Source: Octopus sinensis (taxonomy: Eukaryota). Taken from it: a stretch of DNA of 64,000 bases. The translations under genes and the position numbers were made by a program. Each line of letters starts with the position of its first letter. Position 1 is the stretch's first letter. Location: NCBI RefSeq assembly GCF_006345805.1, contig NC_043010.1, forward strand, positions 1,116,001 through 1,180,000, read 5' to 3'. A model generated the notes under the pieces. The model did no database searches. It saw only the letters and a program-made list of their open reading frames with translations, and had not been told where the DNA came from. Shown here one piece after another: positions 14,081-26,744 of the stretch.

Positions 14081-14310
14081 GGCGGCGAGCTGGCAGAAAC
14101 ATTAGCACGCCGGGCGAAATGCGTAGCCGTATTTCGTCTGCTGTTACGTTTTGAGTTCAAATTCCGCCGATGTCGACTTTGCCTTTCATCCTTTCGGGGT
14201 CGATAAATAAAGTACTAGTTTCACACTGGGGTCGATGTAATCGACTTAATCCGTTTGTCTGTCCTTGTTTGTCCCCTCTATGTTTATCCCCTTGTGGGCA
14301 ATAAAGAAAT
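14081..14310 (+). mobile_element. SINE family B monomer ending in the CCCCTTGTGGGCAATAAAGAAAT tail
   Basis: Intact A/B boxes and central domain. Confidence 0.9.
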
Positions 14311-14311
14311 G

Positions 14312-14344
<33 letters not shown>

Positions 14345-15279
14345 TATATATGCACCCCAGTCCAAAAGCAGACATGACTAAATTTCTGCTCATGAGGGCA
14401 GCATCCTAAAATTTCGCGTTTTCAATTTAGGAAAGCATCAATTTTGTGGGAGTATTTTAAAACGATTCTCTTCTTCGTCAAGAAGAATCTGTGTCTTCTA
14501 CTTCCATTCAGGTATGGCCCAGACCGTTCGAGCTATTTCCAGTTGGTTCTGTACGGCACTACTTCCTCTTTTAATCGCCATATATATTTGGTTAACACTG
14601 TAACATCACGTCGAGAAGACGACAGCTGATGAACAGTGCGATGTGCATTGATTACCAATTCGAAATCGGATAACTTCATATTTTAGGGAGAACGGAGTGA
14701 AGAAGTGAGAAAGAAATTGTAAAAGAATCTACATCTCTGTGTTAACAAGTAGAGAGGGTGAAAGTTGTGTAGTTACGCGATGACAATCCATAAGTGAAAG
14801 AAGAAAAAGTGGTGCTCTTCGGCTAGGCGTCCAGCGACCAAAAAGGTAAAAACAATATTGGGTTCTGTATTTATATTTTTACTCACTAAATTAGGTCAGG
14901 CTAGACAAAGGATTTTCCATCACTTATCTATCCTGACTCAAGTTTAACTCAGGATAGCCACGTAAGCAATAGAACTGATCTAAACATGATCGCTGACACT
15001 CATAGATTTTTAATTGTAAAAGCAGAGAACACAGGAAAGAAACTGGTAGTAAAATGTAGATTTGGTTTCAAATCGTGGCTGAGAAACTATGAAGCTGTTC
15101 GTTACAAATATATTGTACATTGACAAATTTGAAGTACCAGGCAGTGTCTGCGCTGATAAAACGGTATCACGAGCGGGGCTTATTTACTTTTACGATGTCT
15201 GTGTATATGAGACCACTTCAAATAAGTTTATTCTTCTGAATCACTCTGCACATCAACCCACAGATACACACACACACAC

Positions 15280-15284
<5 letters not shown>

Positions 15285-15354
<70 letters not shown>

Positions 15355-15487
15355 TATGATAATAATAATAATAATAATATTAGGGAGTATAACTCCAAAC
15401 TTACAGGGAAAAATTCAATTTAGTATTAGATCAAATTCACAGTATAAATATATAAAATATAAATTCATATTATATATATATTATATA

Positions 15488-15565
<78 letters not shown>
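15285..15565. repeat. (AAT)n and (TA)n microsatellites
   Basis: Directly visible. Confidence 0.9.
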
Positions 15566-15566
<1 letters not shown>

Positions 15567-15569
<3 letters not shown>

Positions 15570-15748
15570 AGAGTTTACGAAAGAAAAACAAAAGACGAAG
15601 ACAGGTGGTGTACAAAACAAACAGATGTATTAGTATAACGCTCAGGGATAGAAAAAGTCTTTTACGTTTCGAGCCTACGCTCTTCTACAGAAAGGGACAC
15701 AGGAAAAACAAGGAGAGAAAAATATACGTGTAGTGGCTAACGATCTAT
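15567..15748 (-). mobile_element. Penelope-like terminal repeat with degenerate minimal hammerhead
   Basis: Minus strand GTCCCTTT CTGTAGA A GAGC GTAG GCTC GAAA CG TA AAAGAC; related truncated copy at 36415-36496. Confidence 0.55.
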
Positions 15749-15879
15749 CATGGCGACATATACATATATATATATATATATAAAAGGAAATGAAGAAAAT
15801 GCTGACAATAATTGAAGTAATTTAAGTAATTTAATTAGGTGAAAGTTCTTTTTACCGGTTGCGCATTTGTTATGCTTAT

Positions 15880-15883
<4 letters not shown>

Positions 15884-15952
<69 letters not shown>

Positions 15953-16160
15953 GGTATGTATGTATGTATGTATGTATGTATGTATGTATGAATTCATGTA
16001 TGTATGTATGTATGTATGTATGTATGTATGTATGTATGTATGCATGTATGTATGTATGCATGTATGTATGAATTCATGCATGTATGTATGTATGCATGTA
16101 TGTATGTATGTATGCATGTATGTATGTATGTATGTATGTATGTATGAATGTATGTATGTA
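15884..16160. repeat. (TA)n + (TATG)n microsatellite
   Basis: Directly visible. Confidence 0.95.
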
Positions 16161-17194
16161 CGTAGGCATGCATGTATAAATGTACATTCTTATGTCTTAT
16201 AAAAAATAAAACAAGTTTAATCTTGCCAAATGTTCTTTTTTTTTCTTTTTATTCTCCAGGTCAATTCTCAATTTGCAGATGTTACATTAAAGACGTTCCA
16301 ACTTTGATGCAATATATATTTTTGGCAACGGTTTGCATTGTCTAATGTACCCTTCGTTTTTTTCCTGAAGATAATGCGGGTGTATTACAGAGATTTGGCT
16401 GCTATTTCTTGCATGAATGGCGATATCAAGGTCTCCTCTTCTTCCCACACCAGTTGTTGTTGTTGCTGCTGCTGGTGATGATGATGCTTAAGTGGCCTCG
16501 GGTTTTACAACTTATTGATGCCGTCTTCAAACAGGATTTATATTTAAGGACCGTCATATGACTTCACCTAAAGTAGCAAAGTAAAGGTGAGTATATCTAT
16601 ATTTTAAAACGCATTTACTTGGGACATTCGCTTTGTTTCCTGTTGACAAAGCAAACTGGAAATCACAAATGGCAATTGGATGTTAAAAAAAGTATTGATA
16701 AAAATAAAAAAAAAAAACAGAAAAAGATATTGCCTAGATGTATTTAGTTCTGAAAGAAATTGAAGGTTGCTATTTATTCTTTCGTTCTTTTCTTTTTTTC
16801 TTTCTTTTTTTTAAACCGAGGGAATAACATCACCAATAAAATGAACGAGCAAATTATCAAGAGGATATTATCAAAGAGAATTTAGTGTATTATATACATT
16901 GGCAGATTGGATATATTTGAGGAAAGAGAAAGGAAGTCAGCCACAAATATATTGAGTATCAAAGATGAACAAACAAGCAATAAAACGATGTTTTATTGTC
17001 GCAGTTAAAACAGTGCAGCAAAAAACAGAAGAGAGGAAAATAAATAAGAAATAAAGCAGAAAAGGATATTTGGTGCGCTTGGCTTCATATATCAGCAAAT
17101 GGCTAGATTCCGTTAGGAGAACAAAGTTCTTCTCTGGCAACATTAAATGTTTTCCTGATATAAAATTCAAAGTTCTGAATTAGTCAGTTTTTCC

Positions 17195-17420
17195 TGGAGG
17201 AATCGTTTGCGCGTCGGACAGAAATGCTTAGAGTAATTTCATCTGGATCTTTACGTTCTGAGCTCAAATACCACTGAGATCAACTTCATCTTTTGAGTTC
17301 ATTTTTTTTTTTTTACTTTTTGGAGGTCGTTAAAATAAGTACCATTTGAACACTAGATTCGATGTAATCGATTTAACTCTCACCTTCAAATTGCTGGCCT
17401 TGTGCCAAACTTTGAAGCCT
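17195..17420 (+). mobile_element. SINE family B, old copy
   Basis: Degenerate head, B box and tail. Confidence 0.65.
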
Positions 17421-17449
17421 TTATCATACTTATTATTAATATTGTTGAA

Positions 17450-17850
17450 GGCGGCGAGCAGGCAGAATCGTCAGCACGCCGGGCGAAATGCTTTGCGGTA
17501 TTTCGTCTGCTGCTACGTTCTGAGTTCAAATTCCGCCGAGGTCGACTTTGCCTTTCATCCTTTTGGGGTCGATTAAATAAATACCAGTTACGCTTGGGGT
17601 TGATATAATCGATGTAATCCGTGTGTCTGTCCTTGTTTGTCCTCTCTGTGTTTAGCCCCTTGTGGGTAGTAAAGAAATAGGTATTTCGTTCGTCTTTACG
17701 TTCTTAGCTCATATTCCGCTGCAGTCGATTTTGCCTTTCATTCTTTCGGGATCAATAAAATAAAGATCAGTTGAGCACTTAGGTCGATGTAATCGACTAG
17801 ATCCTTCCCCCAAAATTTCAGGCCTTGCACCTATAATAGAAAGGATTACC
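17450..17850 (+). mobile_element. SINE family B, dimeric
   Basis: Head, central domain and tail module, then a second B-box/central monomer ending CCCCCAAAATTTCAGGCCTTG. Confidence 0.9.
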
Positions 17851-18186
17851 AGTATTGTTGTTGTTGGTGGTGGCGGTTTATTTCCAAGTGCTGCTTGTAC
17901 TTGCGGCAGTATTCACCCGGGGAAGTTCAGCCGGCTTCGATCAACGAATAGGTCATGTCCAGAGTTTCTGTGGGAATACAAATTCACATGTGGTCCTCGT
18001 TCACATCTATGTAGACTTTGGGATAGTGTGACCCGTATCAGCATATTTTGCCGTTGATTGTCAACTGTCGCAGAGGATTCGCTAACCAAATCATCGCCTG
18101 GGTTTAGTTTCAGGTCGGCCGTGATAGAACACATCTATGGCTAAATGTGTTGCAGTTAGAGCAAACCCTCATGTCTGCTCACACCA

Positions 18187-18428
18187 CAGTCGTAACGAAA
18201 AGTTCGGAACACAGGTCTGAAAATTTGAATTTTTATATTAGATGCCCAAACTTATATTTAATTTGCAATATATTATTACTTGGCCAAAAGTTTGGAACAT
18301 AGATCTGAAAATTAGAATCTTTATATTAAATTCCCAAATATATTTATTGCATGTATTTGAATCGAATTGTACTTGGGCGTTACAATTTAAAATTTAAAAA
18401 AAATGTTTCAAACTTTTGGCCACAACTG
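18187..18428. mobile_element. Tc1-type MITE with internal duplicated unit
   Basis: Right end AAACTTTTGGCCACAACTG|TA; left end CAGTCGTAACGAAAAGTTCGGAAC; internal copy GGCCAAAAGTTTGGAAC of an about 85-bp unit. Confidence 0.6.
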
Positions 18429-18450
18429 TATATAAAAAGAATAAGCATAT

Positions 18451-18885
18451 AGGCGTAGGAGTGGCTGTGTGGTAAGAAGCTTGCTTACGAACCACATGGT
18501 TCCGGGTTCAGTCCCACTGCGCGGCACCTTGGGCAAGTGTCTTGCATTCAGTATTTCGGGGTTATGACCCCATTTTCAAGAAATTGACGATTGCCGAAGT
18601 GCGTGTGTGGAATGAGTGGATAATGAAATTCATCCTGAATTCCTGTTGTTGTTGTTGGTGGTGATCATGGTAGATGTGGTGGTCATGGTGGAGGTGGTGG
18701 TGCTAGTGGTTTAGCTTCCGGTCAGCCGTAATAGAGAATACCTATAGAGTAAGTACTAGGCTTACAAAGAATAAGACATAAGTCCTGGGATCGATTTCTT
18801 CGACTAAAAACCCTTAAAGGTTGTGCTCCTGCATGGCCGCAGTCAAATGATTGAAACAAGTAAAAGAATAAAAGAATAAAAAGAA
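18451..18885 (+). mobile_element. SINE family A head (18451-18544) and tail (18712-18885) separated by unrelated DNA
   Basis: Both parts match family A. Confidence 0.7.
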
Positions 18886-20089
18886 TTCCAACATAACCAG
18901 AATCGACATTACCTGAAACGTATTTGTAAAAAAATTTCATTAGAAGGACGTACCTTCGCTGTCCACGAACTGCAGACAACTGATAAACAAGAGAGACAAA
19001 GATGCCTCGAAGTTGTAATAAAAAGTACCGGTTGTGGAAGATATCAATCACATCATCAGCAGCCGCCGCCCCGAACTGGGTACAAGATACTAACAACCTT
19101 TGAGATATGATATACTTGCTGAACTATTTTCAATGCTTTGTTAAAGCCTTACCATTATCGAAGACATAAGAGGTAGAATTGTGTGTGGCCTGCTGTTTTA
19201 TGCTCGGAATAAATAATATTTTGTTTCATTGAAAAATAAGTATAAATTCAAGAAATATTAAGCAAAAGAGGGCGAAACAATACTGAAATAAGAGAGACAA
19301 ATGAATATAGGTTTTTAGCTGTTTTTATTTGTATATACAAAATTATATACAGCAGATGGCGGACAGGAAATTTTGACAATTAAACAATGTCTGTGTATAC
19401 TAAATTCTTTGTGAGTTTAACATTTTCGTAATTGAGATGCCTTTGAGATCTTCGTGGACATGTTCTTCATCATGACTAACTGTTCAATAATGAAATAAAC
19501 CTTAAAGTGGCTGTAAGGAAACAATCATTCAACTACTTTGTGATATGACCGAATAGAGGAAACTGAAGGTGACCGAGTCTATGAGAGTCGTTTAGCTTAG
19601 TTGAATATTGTGTGAAAGGTCGAAACAAAAAAACAGTAATAGATAGATGCGTGTCATTTCTTAATGTCTTAACAACCGTGCCTTTCATGACTCAAAGAAA
19701 TACACACACATAAATGTGTGCGTGTCTATAAATTTACACAAAAACCTAGAACTACTCAAGAGTTGGGCGGTGTATTGGACTAAAACTCAAGGTAAAAGCA
19801 GTATTAGAACGCTATCACTGCATTGCTGTTTATCTTCGTGAAATTACACGTTCTTCGGAAGAGACTGAAGTAAACAGTGCCAAGGAGTCGTCCAGTTTAT
19901 ATGGTAGCTGACCCCTCGTTATCGAGTATGGCCATTGCACGAAGCTTAATCAATGTTGTTATCATGCAATGCCTGTGCAAGAAGATTTTTTTAAAGTGAG
20001 GAAAGGCTGTGCACTGAGTCGATCCCACTCACTCAGCAACAGCAGCCATAATCCGAAAAGAAGAACAAGTCAACATCATCAGCAACCAC

Positions 20090-20447
20090 TGAGCCGCAGG
20101 TTTTATGTCGAAGTTATCCCAGTTTCTTGAGTTACTAGAAGGATGCCCTAACAAAGGCTAGGAGTCCTTCACTCCCAATGGTTTAACCGCGCGATCGGGT
20201 ATTCAGTCCAATTATTTCTATGTCCCCGCGCATGATACAACCTTAAGACATTTATTGGATGGCCGTTGACTCTCAAGAGTTCCTCCGCCCTTTGACGGGT
20301 TTTATTTTTCATCCCGCAGGCTGTCCAATAAACACCCTCCTCACCAAGCAAGCTTGGTGGGGTTGCCAGTTTAGTTGCCGACGACCCGACCATGCAACAG
20401 GTTGTACTGGGTTACATGTTACCAGTAGCACTCGAAAGTGACCTGAC
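20090..20447 (-). mobile_element. Terminal segment of a LINE-like element, probably RTE 5' UTR, abutting (CATA)n
   Basis: Homologous to 33320-33519; both end TACTGGGTTnCATGTTACCAGTnGCA...ACCTGACA then (CATA)n; the clade is inferred. Confidence 0.45.
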
Positions 20448-21026
20448 ATACATACATACATACATACATACATACATACATACATACATACATACTACAT
20501 ACATACATACATACGTATATACATACATGCAAAAATACCCTGTTGATGTTGTTGAAATTCCAATGAAGGAGCCTTGGATCTAGGTTAGAAACTGGTTCTT
20601 TCTCTGTTGCTAAGAAATCTTGAAATAAAACTGAATAAAGACATATACGTATGTATGTATATGTGTGTTTATGTGTCTCAGTATATAACAGGAGAGATTT
20701 CCAGCAGGATTTCTGTTTGCCAAATTCCCTTATAAGGCGAATGAATTGGTCGGACCGGGGCTCTAGTTGAAGACACTCAATGTACTGCTTCCTGGGAACC
20801 ACATGCCTGTAAAGTGAGCTCCTTAATCACTCAGCTACACCTGCACCTGCGTATACTTATATAAAACGATATAGGCACATATAGAAATAGACAGTCAGGT
20901 AAATGTATGGATATATATAGACATGATCGCATTGATATACGGACAGATAAAGAGACAGCTAGAAAGAGCAGCAGATAAAGAGGGAGAAAGACTTCCGGCT
21001 CGAAGACAGTTGCAGGCAGATACATT

Positions 21027-21411
21027 CTGAGCTGAATTAACCATTAAACAAAATAAACACGTGCTGAAGGCGTCAAGGAAAGTGAGGTGTGGGGAGCAGC
21101 GCAGAAATGGTAAGTGGTTTACCGTACAAAAGGGGTCAATTTAAAGTTGCAAAAATAATATGCGGATTGCCTTATCTCAACTAAGTATGGGGGCCTGATC
21201 AAAGACTTTGGAATTAAAAAAGTAGGAGAAACCTTTTTAAATATGAATAAAGGGGAAGTGTATAAAAATAAACATCTTTCTGTTACTTTTGTTTCATTTT
21301 GAAACTAAAAATTTATTTTATGATTTATTATTGTTTATATTTCGAATTACATTGGGGAACACCTACGTCTTTTAAGTGTTTAAGGCCTTTATGGGTCTTA
21401 ATCTGGCCCGA
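21027..21411. mobile_element. hAT-like MITE with 8-9 bp TSD
   Basis: Degenerate CAGGGCCGGATTAA-type termini; (A)GATACATT on both flanks; second copy at 30880-31629. Confidence 0.75.
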
Positions 21412-21471
21412 GATACATTTATAGAGAAGTAGATGGACCTATATATCTGTAGATGAGTGTATGGGCTCTAA

Positions 21472-21760
21472 TGTATGTATGTATGTATGTATGTATGTAT
21501 GTATGTATGTATGTATGTATGTATGCATGTATGTATGTATGTATGTATGTATGTATTGTTTAATGTTTGTATTCTCATGCATATAGTTGCATGTCTAGAC
21601 ATGCTCATATATATACTTCAATGATAAACTTCTGGAAAGTTTTACAGATTTTTACACAGTTCCCATGATGGCTTGTATGTATGTATGTATGTATGTATGT
21701 ATGTATGTATGTATGTATGTATGTATGTATGTATCTATCTATCTATCTATCTATCTACAT
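21472..21760. repeat. (TATG)n/(TATC)n microsatellites
   Basis: Directly visible. Confidence 0.9.
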
Positions 21761-22318
21761 ACCATATGCACTCTTTGAAAATCCAGCTTCTAAATACTTA
21801 CTTTGAAATCTCCTTCTATCTCTCCCTTCTAACAAACAATATTCTTTTGACAAACGTGCTTTCCCCCTGCATACATTCAAATGTCTCCTTAAACAGTTCA
21901 TATTAAGATGTTTACTTATTTTGTTACGCTAACGATTTTACAGTTCTAAAGATTTTACACAATATTATTCAAAAATATTGTTTTAGCTATTTCTCCTAAA
22001 CTGCTTGGCTAAAACTACTCCCCTTCATTTTACATTCAACTTACTTTATCTAATGGCACGGAGGACGCACATTGTTTTCCCAAAATAAAGGAAGCAGTCT
22101 CGAAAATTCACCCCGGGTCCTGAGTGTGAAGTTGCTTTAAATAATACATTCTTTAATGCACTAAAAAGACTTTTTCCTTCGATATACGCTACTAAAACTG
22201 AGTGCGTCTAATATGTTTGTACATCTTTTATGCTATCAAATACAGTACACCTTTATCTAAACATAAGTTAAAAGGATGTTGGTGAGAGATGGAAGGAATT
22301 TGTAAGAAGTGAAATATA

Positions 22319-22535
22319 CGACGGGGTGCTGAAAAGTTCCTGGTTTTGGGTAAAAGAAAATACAGAGGATCAGTTAATTATGATTTTATTCAACATATTC
22401 TCCTCTCAGATTCACACGCTTATTTCTAGTGGTCCTTCAATTTTTCTAAGCCCTGTAAAAGAACTCGGAAGGTCGGGTCTTCAGTCAGGTCTTTCGTGAA
22501 ACCCTTAAAGCCAGGAATTTTACAGGGCCTCCTCG
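22319..22535. mobile_element. Mariner-type MITE
   Basis: TA|CGACGGGGTGCTGAAAAGTTCCTGG ... CCAGGAATTTTACAGGGCCTCCTCG|TA; second copy at 60226-60435. Confidence 0.85.
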
Positions 22536-22810
22536 TATATTTCTTCTCGTAAATTCCTTTTGCCTTCCACCAACATTCTCTCAACCTTTATTCTTTATTT
22601 TTCCTATCAACAATGATTTTTTACAAACGTTTTAATGAATGTTTTGTATTATTTCATCATTTTCCCGCTAAAATAAACGTAGTTTCACCGACTCTCCTTC
22701 TCTCTTTGTCTCTTCTTCTTTCTCTTCTCTCGATTCTCTTCTCTTCTCTATCAAACATAATAATCTCCTGGCCTCGTTCTTCCTTCCATTCACATCAATT
22801 TATGCATAAA

Positions 22811-23390
22811 GGCGGCGAGGGGCTGGCAGAGTGGTTAGCACGCCGGGCGAAATGCGTAGCCGTACTTCGTCTGCCGTTACGTTGTGAGTTCAAATTCCGC
22901 CGAGGTCGACTTTGCCTTTCATCCTTTCGGGGTCGATTAAATAAGTACCAGTCACGCACTGGGGTCGATGTAATCGACTTAATCCATTTGTCTGTCCTTG
23001 TCCGTCCTCTCTGTGTTTAGCCCCTTGTGGGTAGTAAAGAAATAGGTATTTCGTCTGCTGCTTTGTTCTGAGTTCAAATTCCGCCGAGGTAGAATTACGC
23101 ACTGGGGTCGATATAATCGACTTAATCCGTTTGTCTATCCTTGTTCGTCTCCTCTGTGTTTAACCCCTTGTGGGCAATAAAGAAATAAGAATCGTTTGCA
23201 TGCCACGCAAAATGTTTAACTGCATTTCGTCCGTCTTTACGTTCTGAGTTCAAATGCCACTGAGGTGGACTTTGCCTTCTATTCCTTCAGGATCGATAAA
23301 GTAAGAACCAGTTGAGCACTGGGTTTCGTGGTAATCGACTTCGACCTCATCCGAAATTGCTGGCCTTGTGCCAAAATTTGAAACCAATAT
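22811..23390 (+). mobile_element. SINE family B multimer (head + three modules)
   Basis: Full monomer with tail module, partial repeat 23046-23190, third monomer to about 23390. Confidence 0.85.
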
Positions 23391-23419
23391 TATTTCGTGT
23401 ATAAAGGCCACGTCCTTTA

Positions 23420-23650
23420 ACTTTTATCTTCTTACTTGCTTCAGGTATTAGATTGTGGCCATGCTGGAGCACCGCCTTGAAAACTTTTAAGTTAACGAAT
23501 CGACCCCAATACTCATTATTAGTATAATATATTGTAATGAATGGTACTTATTCTATTGGTCTCTTTTGCCAAACCGCAAAGTTACGGGACATAAACACAC
23601 CAACACTGGTTGACAAGCAGAGAGGGAAGCACACGCACACACACACACAC
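23420..23650 (-). mobile_element. SINE family A, 3' part
   Basis: Reverse complement of the tail. Confidence 0.75.
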
Positions 23651-23763
23651 ACACACACAAACGTCAACGTGCTTTTATATATGTGTGAATGTATGTTTGC
23701 ATGTATGCATATATGTGCGTGTGTGTGTATGTATGTTATTTGAATGTGTATATACATGTGTTG

Positions 23764-23844
<81 letters not shown>

Positions 23845-23914
23845 AAACGTATATGTATATATAGGTATCTCTCTCTCTCTCTCTCTCCCTCTCTCTCTCA
23901 ATATATATATACAT

Positions 23915-24080
23915 AGGCGTGGGAAGGAGTGGCTCTGTGGTATGTAGCTTGCTTACAAATCACATCGTTCCGGGTTCAGTCCCACTGCATGGCACCTTGG
24001 GCAAGTGTCTTCTACTATAGCCTCGGGGCGACCAAAGCCTTGAGTGGATTCGGTAGACGGAAACTGAAAGAAGCCCATTT

Positions 24081-24111
<31 letters not shown>

Positions 24112-24310
24112 GTGTATGTGTGTGTATATGTTTGTGTGTCTGTATTTGTTCCCCCAACATCGCTTGACAACCGATGCTGGTGTGTTTACGTCCCCATAAC
24201 CTAGTGGTTCAGCAAAAAAAGCCGATAGAATAAGTACTAGGCTTACAAAGAATAAGTCCTGGGGTCGATTTGTAAGCAAGTCAAATAACTGAAACATGTA
24301 AAAGAGTGAA
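23915..24310 (+). mobile_element. SINE family A
   Basis: Head, CORE-like domain, internal microsatellite and tail. Confidence 0.9.
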
Positions 24311-24331
24311 AGGGTATATATAATATATAAT

Positions 24332-24362
<31 letters not shown>

Positions 24363-24501
24363 GTATATATAATCAGCCGAAATTACTACGATGATCCGGT
24401 TCTTGACTGAAGACTGAGGGTTTCGAATGTCCTGTCCATGTTTATTGTATCGTCTTCTATGAGTTATACGTTCTTGTCCATGTTGTATTTTTCTACATAC
24501 C

Positions 24502-24542
<41 letters not shown>

Positions 24543-24945
24543 GGCGCAGGAGTGGCTGTGTGGTAAGTAGCTTGCTTACCAACCACATGCTTCCGGGTTC
24601 AGTCCCACTGCGTGGCATCTTGGGCAAGTGTCTTCTGCTATAGCGTCGGGCCGACCAATGCCTTGTGAGTGGATTTGGTAGACGGAAACTGAAAGAAGCC
24701 TGTCGGATATATATATATATGTATGTGTGTGTATGTTTGTGTGTCCGTGTTTGTCCCCCCAACATCACTTGACAACCGATGCTAGTGTGTTTACGTCCCC
24801 GTCACTTAGCGGTTCGGCAAAAAGAGACCGATAGAATAAGTACTGGGCTTACAAAGAATAAGTCCCGGGGTCGAATTGCTCGATTAAAGGCGGTGCTCCA
24901 GCATGGCCGCAGTCAAATGACTGAAACAAGTAAAAGAGTAAAGAG
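24543..24945 (+). mobile_element. SINE family A, near intact
   Basis: All modules present, CpGs retained. Confidence 0.9.
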
Positions 24946-25040
24946 AGAGATACACACACACACATATATATGTATGTGTGTGTGTATATATATATACACA
25001 TACACACATATGCATATGTGCGTGCGCGTGTGTATACGTG

Positions 25041-25072
<32 letters not shown>

Positions 25073-25462
25073 CGTGTGTACATATGTGAGTGTCTTTATA
25101 AAGTGCACGTTAAGGTGTTCGACAGGCAACCAATATATTAGACCGCCATTAGTTTCTTTCTAATGTAAAGGTTCCTGTTAAGAGAATTCCTGCTGTTTTC
25201 TATTTTAGTGAAATTTCTTGTTCAAGTCCACCTTTGTTGCAAAGATCACACAAGAGTATATATAAGTGTGTAACAAAAATAAAATCTGGAGTGTATATAA
25301 TGAAATTAGATATTTATTTATAGTAGGTACGACACACACACACACACACACAGACACACACACTCTCACACTCACACAACACTCACAAAACACACTTTTA
25401 GCACATACACACATGTACGCACACCCATGCATACACACACGCGCGCATACACACACATACAC

Positions 25463-25508
<46 letters not shown>

Positions 25509-26637
25509 ATATATACACGCACAACAACACATGCGTTATACACTCACAAATTCGCTGCAGTCAACGCAGACATACAACTCACACACACACACACACACAC
25601 AGACTAACCCCCCCCTCAAAACACACTACATTCACACACGCATATAACACACACACACACATACAAAGCACATACACCATATTCAAACTTACACACTCTC
25701 TCTCTCTATCACACACGCACGCACACGCATGCACGAGCACACACACACACACATACGCACACACATACACACGCTCGCGCACACACATACACACACGCAC
25801 ACACATATAACTATTTCTATATCGTATAGAAAGGAAGAATTTACACATAGCTACAACATACACACAAACACAATATACGCATACACATACACGCGCGCAT
25901 ACAACTCCTCATAAATTCGCACTTGTATATATATATATATATATATATTGTATAGATAGATATATACCGTCTTTAGAACGGCAGTAAATACACTGACACA
26001 CAGACACACAGACACACACATTCACACAAGACATAATACACACACACATACAAGCACACACACACCACACAGATTCACAGGCACACAGAATGTAAGAGTG
26101 TGTGTGTGTGTGTGTGTGTGAACGGACCAAACATACGAACACAAACGTTATGATGACGTGATGGAGAGCTGAATGTTTCACTCACTCAAATTGCTTGGTT
26201 ACCTTCCTAAAGTTGTTTGGACGGATGAATCGATACTAATAGACTCCTCCAGTCGATCACTTCACGCCTTGTACTCATTCATTTCACACTACCCCCCCCC
26301 CCCTAGAATTCACTTCTGTCTGTGACTTCGATGTCTCCATGTCTGCAGATAATCCTCGTACCTCTAGCTTTTTTTTTGTCCACTACAACAAGTTCATCAA
26401 CTCCCACTTTTATATCAGTTGTTACTATTCCAACTCGAGACCGGAGTAAGACGATCGGGCGCGGCTGTTTGGGCGCTGGCGATTCGGAGCGGCTGACTGA
26501 ATACTCGACCTGTTTTAGCTACAGCACATTCTGGCACACGCACACGCTCAAACACGTACGTGTGTACACACACATAAACACACACGTATTCACATTCGTT
26601 CGCAGAAATATACACATACATATAGAGTGAGATTGAG

Positions 26638-26685
<48 letters not shown>

Positions 26686-26744
26686 TACACATACATGAAA
26701 ACATGACTAGATACTCAGACATAAGCTGAGAGAGAGAGGGGGAG

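Noticed and set aside
14620-14675. Hammerhead (CTGATGA...hairpin...CGAAA)
   Set aside because: Ten extra unpaired bases between the hairpin and GAAA; no credible stems I/III.
16260-16586. Exon bounded by strong TCTCCAG and AAG|GTGAGT
   Set aside because: Stops in all three frames; could only be non-coding and there is no other support.
24400-24450. Hammerhead in CTGAAGACTGAGGGGTTTCGAATG
   Set aside because: Core halves do not occur correctly on one strand (GAAT, not GAAA) and stem II does not pair.
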